Source: an uncultured Spirochaetota bacterium (lineage in GTDB: Bacteria > Spirochaetota > Spirochaetia > SZUA-6 > CAVTHK01). From it: a DNA stretch of 64,000 nt. The stretch lies in the NCBI GenBank assembly GCA_963734495.1, contig CAVTHK010000006.1, positions 32,001 to 96,000 on the forward strand. Direction: 5' to 3'. The notes under the pieces were generated by a model. That model saw nothing but the letters and a program-made list of their open reading frames with translations, was not told the origin of the DNA and made no database searches. Positions within the stretch are counted from its first letter, which is position 1. Each line of letters opens with the position of its first letter. Shown piece after piece: positions 62,775 through 64,000 of the stretch. The translations under genes and the position numbers were made by a program.

Positions 62775-64000
62775 CTACTTCTTGCCCGTCGGCTCCAGCT
62801 TCATGAGAACGAACTTGAAGGAGCTCCACCAGGTGAGAGGCGTGGCATAGTAGTTGTCGGCAGTCGGCCAGTTCTTCCAGTAGGCCCAGTTCTCCGGGAT
62901 CGTGGTCGGGATCGACGCGAGGTTGATCACCGCCATGTCCTGGATCATCATCTTGAGCACTTCCTTCTGCATCTCGACGATCTGGGGGCTCGGCGCGGTG
63001 CTCACGATCTGTCCGATCAGCTTGTCGGCGTCCTTGTTGTCCCACCGCAGACCGTTGCCGGAAATGAACTCATTGGAGTCGGCAGGCTTGAGGTACTGCT
63101 GGCGGTAGGTTGCGCATGAACTGGACCGGCGTCACGTAGGAGCACTGGGGCCAGAAGAGGCGGATCTCCAGCAGGTTGTTGTAGTTGCCCGTCTTCTCCC
63201 ACTCGGCGTTGTCCATCTGCTTGGCGACCACGTCGATGCCGGCCTTTTTCCAGCTGTCGGCGATCGAGAAGCCCATGCGCTGCAGGATCGGGTGCCAGTC
63301 GCCGGGGATCGCGAAGATCGGCTGCCACGGCTTGCCGTCGGGCAGGCGCCACTTGCCGTCGCCGCCCTTGGTAAAGCCGGCCTTGGTGAGAAGCTTCGCC
63401 GACTCGGCAGGGTCGTACTTCCACCAGCCCTGCCCCATCATCGTGTAGGTCTCTTCGCCGTCGGCGGGCAGGTCGGCGATGCCCTGCTGCTTGAGGGTGG
63501 CCTTCATCTCGTCGGCGTACTTGCGGTTGAAGGGCTTGTACCCGTCGTCGAGCGCGAAGCTCTCCAGCCACGGGACCAGCGGCTCGAAGTAGGTCTTGCG
63601 CATCCACGGCTGGTCGACCATCGGGATCGCGGAGACACGGAAGGCGCCGCCGAGCGCGGTCATGGTCACGGCCTTGAGGTCGGTGGCCAGGGCGAGCGCC
63701 CAGCGGACGTCCTTGTTGTTGTACGGCGCCTTCTGCTCGTTGAAACCGATGCCGAACGCGCAGGCGTCGTCGTTCCAGAAGAGCGGGAACTTGGGCGAGA
63801 ACGTCTTGATGTCCTTGTTGGTCTGCTGGACCGCCTTGATGCTCTCCCAGGTCATGAAGCTGCCGGCGTCGAACTTGTTCTGCTTGAACGCCAGGACCTG
63901 CTTGTCCTCGGGCCCGATGTTCTGGTAGACGACGTATTTCACGGCAGGCGCCTTCTTCGTGTAGGCCCCCCACGCCGAGCGCTGCCAGTCGTCGCGGAGC
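62775..64000 (-). CDS. Family 5 ABC substrate-binding protein (5' part outside window; frameshift near 63090)
   Basis: PYNNKDVRWALALA, WWKYDPAESAKLL..AGF, GKWRLPDGKPW, YWKNWPTADNYY. Confidence 0.88.

Overview
High-GC bacterial chromosomal segment, mostly carbohydrate and amine catabolism plus transport. The protein families and signal peptides look spirochaetal, which is an inference. Many intact-looking genes carry 1-nt frameshifts, often in homopolymer runs, most simply explained as long-read assembly errors. From left to right the window holds: a DegT-family aminotransferase (partial), three Gfo/Idh/MocA oxidoreductases, rpiB, a cupin, a nucleoside hydrolase, an amidohydrolase, a 2-hydroxyacid dehydrogenase, two aldo/keto reductases, an EamA transporter, a PLP aminotransferase, an Fe3+-type ABC transporter, a HAD phosphatase, an atypical class III nucleotidyl cyclase, MFS transporters, a DUF433/DUF5615 toxin-antitoxin pair, a split lexA-imuA-imuB//dnaE2 SOS mutagenesis cassette, a B12-dependent ribonucleotide reductase (nrdJ) with two inteins and tandem NrdR boxes, a sugar-utilisation locus (GHL6-like hydrolase, dehydrogenase, epimerase, Opp-type ABC), a glycyl-radical enzyme (GRE) module interrupted by a group II intron, a DUF47/PiT phosphate transporter pair, and a second Opp-type ABC operon. 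Four observations stand out. (1) A conserved two-hairpin leader element abuts the Shine-Dalgarno of three unrelated genes. (2) A candidate new LexA operator, CAWACA-N2-TGTATG, sits at the same position in the -35/-10 spacer of both the lexA and dnaE2 promoters. (3) An unclassified GRE with a GCHW Cys-loop is coupled to an N-acylglucosamine 2-epimerase. (4) A group II intron is inserted at the start codon of the operon carrying the GRE activase.
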